A stretch of 64,000 nt of DNA, taken from contig OX597825.1 in NCBI GenBank assembly GCA_951406725.2, positions 87,606,001-87,670,000 on the forward strand, written 5' to 3'. Positions 1 through 13,734 of this stretch are shown in pieces (the stretch's first letter is position 1; each line of letters starts with the position of its first letter). The notes below the pieces were generated by a model. That model ran no database searches, had not been told where the DNA came from, and worked only from the letters and a program-made list of their open reading frames with translations. The position numbers and the translations under genes were made by a program. This DNA is from Octopus vulgaris (Eukaryota).

Positions 1-95
1 CAAGTGTCTTCTGCTATAGCCTCGGGCCGACCAAAGCCTCGTGAGTGTATTTTGTAGACGGAAACTGAAAGAACCCCCACGTATATATGTATATA
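1..95 (+). mobile_element. SINE fragment (family 'S3' core, running into a (TA)n tract)
   Basis: caagtgtcttctgctatagcctcgggccgaccaaagcc...gacggaaactgaaagaa matches copies at 12390-12455 (+), 13735-13890 (-) and 23785-23942 (-). Confidence 0.75.
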
Positions 96-194
96 TTCTT
101 TTATTCCTTTATATGTTTCAGTCCAATGACTGTGGCCATGCTGGAGCACTGCCATTGTGATCATCTTTTCACTTTCCACGTGTGTAGGAGCGGC

Positions 195-535
195 TTTTAG
201 TGAAGGATGTAGTTCGATGTTACTGCCCTCTTTTGGGTTTCTTGCTTTGATATTGGCTCATCCGGGATCTCCACGAGTCAGGGGTCAAGTTCACGTTTGA
301 AAACGTCTACATCCACTCCATGGAGGCTCCTCAGATGCTTCGGCGGACAGTTAAACAGATATGGGCCCTTGAAACCCAAGCTATTGCAGTACATCGTCCT
401 TGCCGGAGATGAAGCAGTCGGCACAATGGGGACAGCACAGTGACGTCCTGTTCGTGGTCTGGTATAGCTCTTTATTCCGAAGTTTGGTACCAGTCCTTCC
501 AGTATTTTCCATATATATATATATCACTGCACAGT
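195..535 (-). pseudogene. CR1/L2-group LINE ORF2 C-terminal fragment
   Basis: Minus-strand translation: IYIWKILEGLVPNFGIKSY..RTGRHC..YCNSLGFKGPYLFNCPPKHLRSLHGVDVDVFKRELDP*LVEIPDEP..RAVTSNYILH. This is the typical CR1/L2-like C-terminus, with one in-frame stop. Confidence 0.8.
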
Positions 536-607
536 ATGTGACCTCGTCTGTATCACTAGCGATTTTTTTCCCCTGCCTTCCCTTCTCGGGATCTTTCTTT
601 CTCCTAT

Positions 608-642
608 GTTTCCGACGAAGAGCTCCGCTCGAAACGTCAAAC
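608..642 (+). ncRNA. Minimal type I hammerhead-like motif (core CCGACGA variant) in a Penelope-type repeat fragment (~540-730)
   Basis: GTTT-CCGACGA-A-GAGC-TCC-GCTC-GAAA-CG-TC-AAAC. Stem I gttt/aaac, stem II gagc/gctc, GTC cleavage triplet. The downstream tail tcctgagcg..aata recurs near 21990. Confidence 0.65.
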
Positions 643-733
643 CCTCCTTCTTCCCTTCTTTCCTGAGCGTCCAATAATACTTTATTTGTTCTACGTCCTT
701 GCGTTGTTATTTTTTTGTTTTTGTTATATATAT

Positions 734-800
<67 letters not shown>

Positions 801-3800
801 AGTAATATAGCATTACAAAATGGAGTGTTTGAACAGAGTATAATCAATTTGTTTGCATGTCGTCAATTAATTAAGCCTACGTTCGTTTCTCTAACAATCT
901 TCATTCAATTTACAATTATGAAATACATATTTAAGAAATACAATTAAAGTAGAAAAATTAAATAAGAATAGGTCTAATAGAAAATACGAAAATACAAATT
1001 CTAGAATATAAATCTAAGCTGTAAGTCTAATAATAATAATAATATAACTCAAATCTTTGAGAGGTAACATACACTCACCATGTACAAAAAAAAACAAAGG
1101 TAAAACCTAGCCCAGTCACATGATACATAGAAAACAATACCCCGGTTACATAGATCTAATTACAGTAATTTAATTAAATATAAAGATTAACCCTAGACAC
1201 CAACAATTATGACTAGCACACCCACAAAATAATTAATAAATTGATAAAAACAATGCTATCACTTCAAGTTTTCACAATTGATAACATAAATTAAAATGAA
1301 ATAATATATTTATTTACTGATAAACAAATAAACAAAAAATAAGTATATATACACCTATAACGTTTCTTTGTTTTAAACATGCTAACACGCACACACATAC
1401 GTAAATAAACGCGTGCTGCTAATTTAGTCTGTTGGACGCTCAGTTTATTAGGATGTAAAACAAATGAGTCAAATTTCGCCCTGAGGAAATATCTACCTTC
1501 GACATTTCATGATGCAATTTAAATTGTAATTTGAATCAAGATTGAAATAGAAACGTTCGTAAACTTATACAATAGAGAAAATGTAAATAAATTGTTTTTG
1601 TTCCGTTCAAACTATCCATTTTCGTTATGATATATTAATATAACTATACCTACATATATCGCTGAGAAGTAAACATGTACACGGAATATTGGAACTTCAA
1701 AATGTGTATAATAATGGTGCCTAATAAATAATAAGCGCTAAGACTACTGCGAAACAGCAGGAGTCCAGAAAGTTCATTGATATATACGATAAAACCGGGG
1801 GACGTTTGGATGTCGACATCCCTTTAAAGAGGAATTTATCTTCTCACAAAATCCCACTTACAATAATTACATAAATATATATATATAGATATGCATGCAC
1901 AAACTTCATATATGTATATGAGGGCGTGTATATATATATATATATATATATTTGTACACGTGTTAAGAAGTGTGAGGTACCAATTTATTTGATACGTAGT
2001 TAAAAATACATAAGTACAAGTGTTAAAGAATTATGGAGTTGATATTTTCCACTAAACAATTTGGAGAAAGTTACTCAACCTGGTCGCTGTCCAATGATCG
2101 TAAATAGTGAAAAAGGATAAAAGAATAAATGGATATAAATAACAGCAGACTATTGAACTAAATATATTAAGAAAATACATAAATGTATAAAGCGAGGGAA
2201 AATGGTAAACAGTCGATGCCAGGATATTAGTAAATTGAGCCGTTATTCTTGAAGATATGTTTGTTATATACTGAGACACAGATTATTATGAGTAAGTATT
2301 CGAAGGCAAACAGAATATCCAAGAACACAGAATTTCTATCACTGTATTATTTCATGCGATAAGTCAGCGCAGGATAGTTTTCCTTACTAAGGATACCGCA
2401 TAATATATATCTTATGTTTATTTAGAAAAGAAATGTTGCATTATGATTTTATTGATGTGTTAGGTTGTATAATGAGAACACAAGCATTAGCTGTGAATAT
2501 ATCGCTTCTCCTCCGATCTTTATATTATATTTATTGCTTTGAAATGCCTAAATGTACTTACAAAAAATGGGTGGGAGATATCACCGGATTAGCAATAAAA
2601 TACAACAGATATGATATATATTCCTTATTTTACATCTAGCCTCGCTTTCTTGTAAAAGCATCGTTTTCAATAAACACAAAGCAAGATACAGTTTATTACT
2701 CTATGTATTCAGAACAATCTATAAACTGACAAGAGTTTTACAGAGATGCAGTGCTAAATTGAATACAGAGCTTCAGACCAAAATGATTACCTTAGAATTC
2801 CAGTTTGTCCTTACTGTTCCTAACAATGGAGAAGAAAAGAATGATTTTGGTGTTGGTGTCTTACCCATCTACACCAAAATATAGAGGGAGGATAAGTGCA
2901 GTCAGTTGACTAATTTCAGATAAGTGAAGCCGCAAAACAATGAGAAATTATTCATTTGTTTAGTAAACATTAAGCTTCATATTTTCAATAGCTTTGAACT
3001 AGAAATGACTTGATATTCACGAAGTCCGTGGAAGTTTTAGGAGAATAACGAATGCGGGTCGGTTCATAACAGTTGAATGAAGGACAAATATAAAGAAGTA
3101 CAGAACCCAGTGCATGCATGTAATCAGTGAAAATTAAACACCTGTAATTAAGATAGCATTCATTAGGGATGATCATAATTATCTTAAAGAAAAATAAGGC
3201 TGAGAACCCCAAAGTAAAAAGCGAATGAGGCACTGGGTTGTGGGTTCGATGTACGGTAAACAGGGGGCGTGACTTTGGAGATGTTTCGCTCTTAGTATTT
3301 CTTCTTTGCAAAATATATTCTAAACATTTTGATATTTGAAAAGATTGGATTTTCAGTGGGAAAATATTTACTGAGTCTACAATTCAAAATAATTATATAG
3401 GTATATTTCGTATGACCCCCTCCAATGAAGAATATATTGGTTTGTTGGTGCTAATATATTTAATGGATTAAATGCAAAATGTATGAAGTGTATCTGCTAG
3501 CCAATGATATCTCTCCGAGATTCCGGTTTTAATTTTTGCTCGCTTTGCTTTCGTTTATTTTAATTTATGCAGCGTTCATATAAATTCTATGAGTGAGAAA
3601 TGTCCTTACGTCACTAGTAGAGAAAATTCATTAAGCCAAATAGCATATAGCTCTATAATCTATAATTGATAATAGCTGCGTGTGAATAAGTAAAATATAA
3701 GAATGAAAGCGAAACAGATTTGCTTTGGCGTTTCAAAATACGTTAGATAATATAGAAGTCATTAATTTCCATGTGAAAGTATTTGACAGATTCACCACAA

Positions 3801-4699
3801 GATGCCAAGATGGCTCGTTAATGTATCGTTTCTTTTTTATTCTACACAAGTAATATATCATCAGTGACGGTCATTATATTGACACAACATCACACATTTG
3901 TCGCAAAATCTTATACTCAAAACAATTCAGATAGGTTTGTGATTAATATTTTATTGACTAAATTGAAAGGCAACGTAATTAATGGTCGAATTTTAACGCA
4001 AAATCATTATGGAAGACATAAATACTGACAAATAGTTCCCCAGTGCCGTATGTTTGACACAACTCCATAGTCTAATGACCCTAATAATAATTTTTATATT
4101 GTTATAACGCCATCTAATATGGGTCATTAGTAAAGTTAAATGAATTTACTTCAGCATATATGACTTGTGGTATTGACTCCATGGGGACCAATCAGAAGCA
4201 GCAGATATTGTTATCATGGCCTCTAAACTAACTAGAGTCACTTCTCGTATCCTGAAGAGCGTGTCATCCTGAAACTATGCTCACCATAATATTTCAAGCA
4301 CGTAGTATTATGTTGCAGTTCCCGAACTTCTTTGGTGAATGAATATTGTAAATAAATGGGCGATATTTTTATGAGGCAGAAATATACATCCCATGACGTC
4401 TCATTTATTAAGAAGACATATTGAATTATTTCAGTTCCAATACACCAAATATTTATAATTAATCCGTTTAACACCGATAATTTATAGTTATTATTTTATA
4501 GGTCTCTGGGTAATACTCCGTTTTATCTATTTTAACACGACTTTAATTCAACACTATATCCATTTCATTAAACATTATGTGAGTGACATGAGTGCAATAT
4601 TTCAAATTATAATACAAACAATACGGAATGTAATTTCCTTTCAGGCTCAAAATCATATCAATAATTGCAAGTAAAAAACTAAAAAAAGAAACGATTCAT

Positions 4700-7070
4700 A
4701 CATTATAATCTATTTTATGATAATAGGCAAGTTTATTGGGTAAAATGAGGAAAACCGATTGAAAACCAAAAATGTTGTGATAGGTGTATCATTGGTAACA
4801 GTATTTTCATAGGAACGTTTGATCTGTTTAATTGGTTTAGGGAGACGGGAAGATTCTAGTGTTCCGGACATTGTGGTACGATATCGAGAGAAGAAAAGAG
4901 TAACGGAGAGAGAATAAGGGAAGAGAGGGAAGGGAGGAGAGAAGAAGAGAAACCGAAAGAAGGAGTATGGGAGAAGTGGTGTTTCTGTCTGGGTTGCAGA
5001 GAAATAAATCGTTGAAGGATTGAATGGGGAGAAATAGAGGGAGGACAGATAGATTTCTTTATTGGCCACGCAGGGCTAAACACGGAATACAAAGTAGAGC
5101 TTTTCTTTTTTTGGAAGAAGAGAAAGGGAGGAAAAAATAAATAAAAAAGGGGGACGAATTCCGATCAAAAGGGATCGTGGAAAAAATTTGTGGCCGATCA
5201 ATAGGGAACGTGTATCACAGTAATGTCAATGTAAAAGTGGAGAACAGATTAGGTTTTTCCGTGGACAGTAAAGCCTACAGAAAAGACCATGGGAACCTTG
5301 GGCAATAGTGTTATGCAAAAAGAAAGGGAGGTCAGATAAAGAGTGAAGGTGTAAGGAGGTGGGGATGAAACATCTGGAGTGTGAGGGAAGAAAAGTAAGT
5401 GCAGCATATGGAGTGGAGGCAAAGGGCATCTATCTGCCTATTTATCTATCATTCTACACACACACGCACATACACACACGTATATATGTGTGTTTGCGCG
5501 TGTAGGTGTGTGTCATTGTGTATGTATTTGTCCCCACTACCCGTTGACAACCGGCGTTGGTTTGTTCGAATGAAATTCTTCAATGCGGTTCCCCAGTGTG
5601 TCGTCCCTAATTTAATGACTGAAAACAGTAGGGGGCAGTAGGTTGATAGAACTTGAAATAAGGGATGATAAAAATTTCCGTGAACTTTAACTAATTACAA
5701 TAAATATACTATGATAGTTGTGGAAGATGTCTATCGGTAAGTGGTAGATGTGGATTGAGATTCGAACGACTTTGTAAAGACATTGAGCGGTTACATATTC
5801 GAATAGAGGGAAGCGATTTCAATTTCAGAATGTGAAAATATTTTTGGGATATTTGTGTAAGATACATGTAATATTGAACATATTTTTGCATGTTTTCCAA
5901 GATGTGTCAAATAATTTTAAAAAATTTAAAGCATAATGTTGTTATATATCTAAGAGAAATGCAGATAACAACAACAACAGCAACCAATATAACAAGAGTA
6001 AGAATATCTTTATAATAGAAAACATTGTGACATTTACATTGTCAATAATATCAATAAGAGGCCACCATCTTTACTCAGTGAAATAATACTTGGAAAGGTG
6101 TGTTGCTGTGTGTAAGCAAGTACGACAAAGGTGATGATAGAAAGAAGAAAACAATAGAAAATATTCTGGGTTATAAAATTTAGAGGAAAAAATGATTAAA
6201 TGAAATCTTTTTTTATGCCTCACTCCATCACTTATGCATTCTGGAAATGATGCAATACAATATTGCTGATTCAAACACGAGATAATCAGATAAAAAAAAA
6301 AAGAAATACACCCATATTAGAAGAGGAAGAACGAAAAATATTCCCAGTCATTTTAATCATGTTTTTTTCTTCTTCTAGAAATAAACTTTATTCACAAACT
6401 GAAAATCGATTCAAAATTGACGGGTGGGAATCAACCAGGGTATACATTTATACGTTGCCAGCTCTAATATGTTTGAAGCTCTGTTACGCAGAGTGAACAG
6501 TTTCAGTTCAGAAGTTTAACATGATATTCGCTTTAGAAAAATGAGTCTTGGTAACTTTTGAAGTAAGAGAAATGTCAATTAAGGCCATTAGTATTGAGGT
6601 AGATAAAGATGGAGATGTAATGGAATTAGAACCACAACATTAATGAAGTCGACTGATTATAACAGACACAAACATGGGATTAAGAACGGATTTTATAGAA
6701 ACGTTAAATTAAAACAGGATAAATATAAAGAATAGAGGAATGTTAATCAATGCAAAACCCGAGCTGTTATGTGAACAACTGAACATAGTCTGAGTTGGAA
6801 GGTTTGGCAGTTAGAGAAACGGTGGAGAGAAAACAAGGGAAATGACAAAATGAAATTAAAATTAGAATTTACGAATAAAATGTGGAAACTGAATATAATA
6901 TGTTTTCTCAAAAGAGACAGAGATAGAGAGGGATACAGAAATACAGAGAGATAGAAGGGTGCGAGCCATCTCATTAGAGAACGGTATAAATTATCCAATA
7001 TTGAACTAAAACTATCAAACAAAGATAAACAGGTACATAAGCATAAAACGCGAATTAAAAGATAACCGAC
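4700..7070 (-). mobile_element. Highly decayed retroelement, possibly Penelope/Naiad-like, interrupted by a SINE tail at ~5500-5630
   Basis: Strong purine/pyrimidine strand asymmetry. Scattered minus-strand motifs (LYR..DG near 6970-7000; SPFNPST..LC near 4990-5040) resemble Penelope RT/GIY-YIG. No continuous ORF. Confidence 0.3.
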
Positions 7071-7156
7071 ATAAGTACAAAAGTGGAATAGAAATTATTA
7101 TTATTATTATTATTATTGTTATTATTATTGTTATTGTTATTTATTTCTAAATCCCT

Positions 7157-7380
7157 CTAAAGGAGACTACGGCAGCAGTACTGGGTATTAATAGTTTTCA
7201 CCAAGCTAACATGGCAGTCCAGATAAATACGACAAATGCAGTCGTTGAATAGCCCCAAGAGGCCATCGCCTCTTGCTAGCTATGTGACACACAAACCTGT
7301 GTCCATTACAACCTATTTTTCTGGACTGCCATGTGGTGATAACTATTAATACCCAGCACAGCTGCCCCAGTCTCCTTTAG
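7157..7380. repeat. Fold-back / MITE-like element with ~60-bp inverted arms
   Basis: 7157-7222 (ctaaaggagact..ctgggtattaatagtt..acatggcagtccag) is the reverse complement of 7321-7380, with a few mismatches and a 6-nt indel. It follows a (TTA)n tract. Confidence 0.85.
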
Positions 7381-7510
7381 ATATTCCTATTTATGAAAAC
7401 TAGCCGAATGTAATTAACATGAAATCTGATCAGGTTCAACTGAATAGCTGTCACACAGGGAGCATCTCATGAATTTTACTTGCAGTGGTAAGGTTGATAT
7501 CCAGAGGTAA

Positions 7511-7597
7511 TTCAGTACGATCGTTTCATGCAACTCCATTTCAATGAACAATGCAATCATTACATCAATTTAAAATGTAGAGCAATCTTCAGCTGCA
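7511..7597 (-). ncRNA. Type I hammerhead motif (left arm)
   Basis: Minus strand: tgcag-CTGAAGA-ttgc..gcat-GAAA-CGATCG-TA-ctgaa. Core intact, GTA triplet, palindromic stem III. Stems I and II are short. Confidence 0.65.
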
Positions 7598-10500
7598 CAA
7601 AGACATAGAGTTTAATTAAATTAGAACAGATGGACACATTGGTATAATTATACCTAACATCTCCAAGAAGTTAAGGAGATAGACAAAGAACATATTATAC
7701 CTACAACAGCATAGTGGTAACTAAAGTTTTCAAGCAGATTCTGCCTGTCATTGTGTTTTCTGCTTTTATCAAATCCCTTGTATATTTAAGGCTGAGAGAA
7801 ACAGAAGGCTGTATTTATTTGGGCTAGAGTTGAGGGAGTAGACAATCATTCTAGATGGTATAACCATAAGAATCAAGATTTATTTGGAGCAATATAATGA
7901 GGTTTAGTAAGGGAAAGCTTAAAACAAGATGTTAGCTGAGAATTAAGTGGTTGCCCGTTAGCAGACTATTGAAAATGAAATAGGGGAAGTGTTATCATGT
8001 AGTATCATAGTTAAATACTTTAAAACAATGTTGCTATATTGTATACAGTTGAAGTTTAGGGATATGCAAAAGATTATATCAAGAAGAATATTCTAACAAA
8101 AGGATAGAAATTTATGAATACTTATGAGTATATACCAAACTTTTACCACAATAGAGGGAGGAAAAGAAATTATATAGAAATAGTTTAATATTTATACATA
8201 TTGTATACTTAAATACTAACTCATCAGATGGTATCTGTGAATATTGATTAAATGATATTTGCTGGTATTAATAAAGGAGTGTTGAGGTAAAAGAACATGC
8301 TAATTATATGTTAATAAAACCTTAATCTAAGCAGTTTTCTTATACGTAGGGAATATATCGGTACAGTTTTATATAAGCTAAGTATGAATTTATAGAGATA
8401 CAAAACTTAGAATAATTATATAAATGAATAAATAAAGGCTAATTATAAAATAAAATAATCAAGTAGAGCAGAACACCATAGAAAAGGAATAAAATGGCTT
8501 AATTACTAATACTATGGTAAAGTATATGTAGCTTGTTCACAAATTGAGAAGATTTTTCAGAAAAAAATATAATAATTCAAAATATATTAGACTAAAAATT
8601 TTATTTACTTATTTAGCTAATTTCTATAAAAGACTGCTGTTTAGTATCGGCTAAAGGAATATTTAAGTTATGGAACATTCATATTTTGCACTAATCTTTT
8701 TTTAAAGACTAAGGTTTATATTATAGGTTTAAGAAGTTATCATTGTTTCTCCCTACATGATATTTATAGTTTCTTAGTGGTACTTGTTTAGAAGGGTTAT
8801 TTATATAAAGGCTCTTGTCAATACTAAGATCAGGAGGGTAGAGCCATTTAAGAAAGAGATAAATCAAGTAATTTCTAAAGATCATTTCAAACAATACTTT
8901 CATATTAATAGGGGTACAAATATTAAAATTATTTAAGGCTGCTATAAAATTAGCAGTAACAACAATAAGTTACGGTAGAATATCATTGAAAAGCAATAAA
9001 AATAGTCTTAATTTAATATTAATATATGGTTAGCTTGTCCTTTTAACAAAAATTAACTTTTCAACCAATACCGAGTTTCAGCCCTGATTATAGTGAACTA
9101 AATAAGTTAATTAACAATGTTTACCTCATCAATTATTATACATTTTCTATAAACACTTGCTATTAGAGTTAATGTGCTATGAATATTTTATTATTTTATC
9201 ATGGGTTTTTAGTGATTAGACTATTTTTATTGCTTTTCAATGATATTCTACCCTATCTTATTGTTGTTATTGTTAATTTTATAGCAGCCTTAAATAATTC
9301 TAATCTTTGTACCCCTATTAATTTCTGCTCAGCTTATATAAGGTAATACCGGTTTCTTCACAACTTTAATTAAATCAGTATATAGTTGACATGTTCTTTA
9401 ACCTCAATTGCCTCCCCTTTACTAAATACCAGTTAAATCGATTTGATCAATCTCCATAGAAACCATAAAATAAGTTCATATTTAGATAAGTAATAAGTAA
9501 ATAAATATTAAACTATTTCTTTGCAATTTCCTTTCCCTCCCTCTATTGTGGTAAACGTTTGGTTTGTACCCAAAATATTCAAAGAAGTGGTATCCTTTTG
9601 TTAAAATTTTCATTCTTAATAATCTTCTTGATTACCCAAAATTTTAACTTTATACAATATGAAAGTATTGTTTGAAATGATCTTTAGAAATTACTTGATT
9701 TATCTCTTTCTTAAATGGCACTACCCTCCTGATCTTAGTATTGACAAGAGCCTTTATATAAATAACCCTTCTAAACAAGTACCACTAAGAAACTATAAAT
9801 ATCATGTAGGGAGAAACAATAATAACTTCTTAAACCTATAATATAAACCTTAGTCTTTAAAAAAAGATTAGTGCAAAATATGAATGTTCCATAACTTAAA
9901 TATTCCTTTAGCCGATACTAAACAGCAGTCTTTTATAGAAATTAGCTAAATAAGTAAATAAAATTTTTAGTCTAATATATTTTGAATTATTATATTTTTT
10001 CTGAAAAATCTTCTCAATTTGTGAACAAGCTACATATACTTTACCATAGTATTAGTAATTAAGCCATTTTATTCCTTTTCTATGGTGTTCTGCTCTACTT
10101 GATTATTTTATTTTATAATTAGCCTTTATTTATTCATTTATATAATTATTCTAAGTTTTGTATCTCTATAAATTCATACTTAGCTTATATAAAACTGTAC
10201 CGATATATTCCCTACGTATAAGAAAACTGCTTAGATTAAGGTTTTATTAACATATAATTAGCATGTTCTTTTACCTCAACACTCCTTTATTAATACCAGT
10301 AAATATCATTTAATCAATATTCACAGATACCATCTGATGAGTTAGTATTTAAGTATACAATATGTATAAATATTAAACTATTTCTATATAATTTCTTTTC
10401 CTCCCTCTATTGTGGTAAAAGTTTGGTATATACTCATAAGTATTCATAAATTTCTATCCCTTTGTTAGAATATTCTTCTTAATATAATCTTTTGCATATC

Positions 10501-10999
10501 CCTAAACTTCAACTGTATACAATATAGCAACATTGTTTTAAAGTATTTAACTATAATACTACATGATAACACTTCCCCTATTTCATTTTCAATAGTCTGC
10601 TAACGGGCAACCCCTTAATTCTCAGCTAACATCTTGTTTTAAGCTTTCCCTTACTAAACCGCATGACATTGCTTCAAATAAATCTTGATTTTTATGATTA
10701 TACCATCTAGAATGATTGTCTACTCCCTCAACTCTAACCCAAATAAATACAGCCTTCTGTTTCTCTCAGCCTTAAATATACAAGGGATTTGATAAACTAG
10801 TCTATAAATTAAAACTGACCCCATAAAAAAAATCAAAAAAAATCAATGACAGGCAGTATCTCCTTGAAAATTTTAGTTACCACTATGCTGTTGTAGGTAC
10901 AATATGTTCTTTGTCTATCTCCTTAATTTCTTGGAGACTTTAGGTAAAATTATACTAATGTGTCCATCTGTTCTAATTTAATTAAACTCTATGTCTTTG

Positions 11000-11086
11000 T
11001 GCAGCTGAAGATTGCTCTACATTTTAAATGGATGTAATGATTTCATTGGTCAATTACATGAAGTTGCATGAAACGATCGCACTGCA
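11000..11086 (+). ncRNA. Type I hammerhead motif (right arm, cleavage triplet mutated)
   Basis: tgcag-CTGAAGA-ttgc..gcat-GAAA-CGATCG-CA-ctgca. 5-bp stem I; GCA replaces GTA. Confidence 0.6.
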
Positions 11087-11383
11087 TTACCCCTGGATAT
11101 CCGTGTTACACATATATATATATATATATATTAACTTGGAAATTCCAAAAGACAATGCAACTTTCATTTGACTAAGATATTCTTCGCCTGATGGTTGGCT
11201 AAGCTGGGTACCTACCTCGCGTGATTATTTACGTCAGAGGATTAACTAACCGATAAATACATGTAACTTGGATTTTATCCGTTCCACACCTTGAATATCA
11301 AAATATGTATATATTAATGACTCCTATATTCCACATGTCAGAGGAGGTTTTCAATAATTACAGTGTAACAAAACGGCAACGGC

Positions 11384-11440
<57 letters not shown>

Positions 11441-12319
11441 CATATATATATAGATAGATATATAGATATGTGTGTGTGTATGTGTTGTGTGTGTGTGTGT
11501 GTATGTATTAGTACACGTAGATGTATGAATGTTCATCTGTTTCTCTCTCGCTCTCCCTGTCTATCTAGCTATCTCTATATGTATAGATAGATTAGAAGCA
11601 GCGCACACAAACGCATAAGCGCAACTGTCAATATTTACATACGAATATATATATGTGTGTGTATCTGTGTGTGTCTGTATTGCTTATTTTACATTGCATT
11701 TATATTGGGAATTGCAAGCGAATAGAGAGAGGAAAGTGGCCGAACGAACAATAGAAACAGAAAACAAAAAAAAAAGATCTTTGCCAGATGCTTTAATTCA
11801 GGATTTACAACAAATTAAAAACATTGGCAGTCAGAGAATTAGTCGCGAGACAGTATAACATGTTTAACAAGAAAACCATTTTCATAAATTGCTAACCTCC
11901 AAATTAACACATTTATTTGGAGAGAGATTCCTTAGAGAAATTAATTTAATGTCTGCCGTCGAGAGATCGGATTGGAATATAAAGGATTGAAAGTATTTAT
12001 CATTCTTAATGTACGAATCATAAATCAACACCATTTTAACTATTTACGTATATATTTATATATATACACGGAAATGTGTATATATATGTACATATTTATG
12101 TGTGAGGGAGAGAGAGAAAGAGGGGAGAGAAAATGTTTGGCGAACCTCATTGAATGTTTGGTATGTTTATCAATGCACATCAAGACTGGCGGAAAATATA
12201 ATCAATAATGGTAGATGAGTGTGCCAGGGGCTGTTCGAAGGCAGGTTGAAGAATGATAAACGTTCAATCGCGCATTCACGAACAAGCACGGCTCTACCTA
12301 ACAAAACAATCGACACCGT

Positions 12320-12500
12320 TGGCTGTGTGGTAAGAAGCTTGCTTACCAACCACATGTTTCCGGTTCAGTCTCACAGCATGGCACCTTAGGCAAGTATCTT
12401 CAACTATGGCATCGTCCCTACCAAAGCCTTTTAAGTGGATTTGGAAATCGGAACACATCGTGTATATATATACTATATATATATATATATATATAGATAG

Positions 12501-12542
<42 letters not shown>

Positions 12543-12828
12543 AATAAGTAGCAATAGGGTAATAAGAAATTATTATTACCAGTGGCCTAGCACAAAAACG
12601 AATTAGTCATTAGACTATATATCATTCACTTATAAATACAACAAGAGGCTTCCAAATAGGAAAGTTTTGTGCTAGAAAGAGCAGTAGAAAACTCAAACCA
12701 CCAATTAAGGATAAATTCTCCAAAGGAATGAAAATTAAAAACGTTTACCATCTCAATTTGGGTTTCAGATAGTTTGAGTTTTCTACAGCTCTTTCTAGCA
12801 CAAGGCCTTCCTATTTGGAAGCCTCTTG

Positions 12829-12883
<55 letters not shown>

Positions 12884-13012
12884 GTGTGTATGTGTGTGTA
12901 TACGTGTCTTTGTCTCCCACCACTGCTTGACAATCGGTATTGGTTTGGTTACGTCCTCGTAACTTAGAGTTTCGTTGTTAAGAGACGTTGAAATAAGTTC
13001 CAAGCTTACAAA
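12320..13012 (+). mobile_element. tRNA-derived SINE (family S3) with an internal microsatellite interrupted by a nested insertion
   Basis: Head tggctgtgtggtaagaagcttgctt..ggttcagtc at 12320-12455; tail (cttgacaatcggt..cgtaactt..ataagt) at 12900-13012. Same organisation as the uninterrupted copy at 23530-23942. Confidence 0.7.
12631..12836. repeat. Fold-back with ~65-bp arms nested in a SINE microsatellite
   Basis: tataaatacaacaagaggcttccaaatagg..gtagaaaactcaaac (12631-12698) pairs with gtttgagttttctac..cctatttggaagcctcttgtatttata (12772-12836). Confidence 0.85.
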
Positions 13013-13172
13013 ATATATTTTTTAGCATAATAATGCTAATACCAAAGAACATTGGCAGCAGAAACAGCTGTTAGATGGGATGCAGTCTTTTCGTAAATAA
13101 TTTCATAAATAATAATTGATGCAAATAAGTTATTGTTCATCAATATTACCTCCATTTTCTGTTTTCTTTACA

Positions 13173-13229
<57 letters not shown>

Positions 13230-13299
13230 TCCATCACAGAAACAGACATTTTGGAAAGGGTGGAATAGTTTTTAAGAAAAAAATTTAGTGTTAATGATA

Positions 13300-13372
<73 letters not shown>

Positions 13373-13734
13373 CAGTATCTCTGGTTCAAGTCGTATCAAC
13401 AACTATTATATTCATGTTATCTTGTAGCAAATTCTTAATTCCTTCGAGAATGATTCCTGTTATAATTATATCGCTCTTTCCTTCTCTGCTGATAAATATC
13501 TGAGATATGGTGAGCCTGAATATATACTTCGTTCACAAATAAACTTATCTTAAGTTAAGTTAAGATAGGTATCTGTCTTTTCCACGCAAATCCTCCATCC
13601 TTATATTTTTCTTTCTCTTAAGCAATATGTATTCTTCATATAAATACATTTTATGAATAATTACGCATTATACTCCCAACATAACTGATTTTCATTCTTA
13701 CCAAAACTTACACACATCACACGACAGGCATCTT

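Larger units (their letters stand above)
7496..11101. mobile_element. 3.6-kb fold-back decayed Penelope-like element (arms ~1.4 kb)
   Basis: 7496-8906 is the reverse complement of 9656-11101; ORFs 8721-8903(-) and 9659-9841(+) differ by 2 aa. Nested inverted repeat at 8906-9012/9215-9321. Relic peptides LFLKWHYPPDL, LYCGK..YPFV and KYSLLFLSALNI resemble the PLE thumb/linker/endonuclease end. HHR motifs lie at both outer ends. Confidence 0.75.

Noticed and set aside
4248-4285. CTGAAGA..GAAA hammerhead candidate
   Set aside because: Stems I, II and III do not pair.
8036-8989. A ~950-bp plus-strand frame with only TAA/TAG stops and no TGA, suggesting a ciliate-type genetic code
   Set aside because: TGA is scarce in all frames here, so this can arise by chance. 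The read-through peptide is unrecognisable, and the PLE-like relic motifs lie on the other strand.
8721-9841. Twin 60-aa ORFs as a duplicated small gene
   Set aside because: They are the two arms of the inverted repeat and part of a decayed retroelement.
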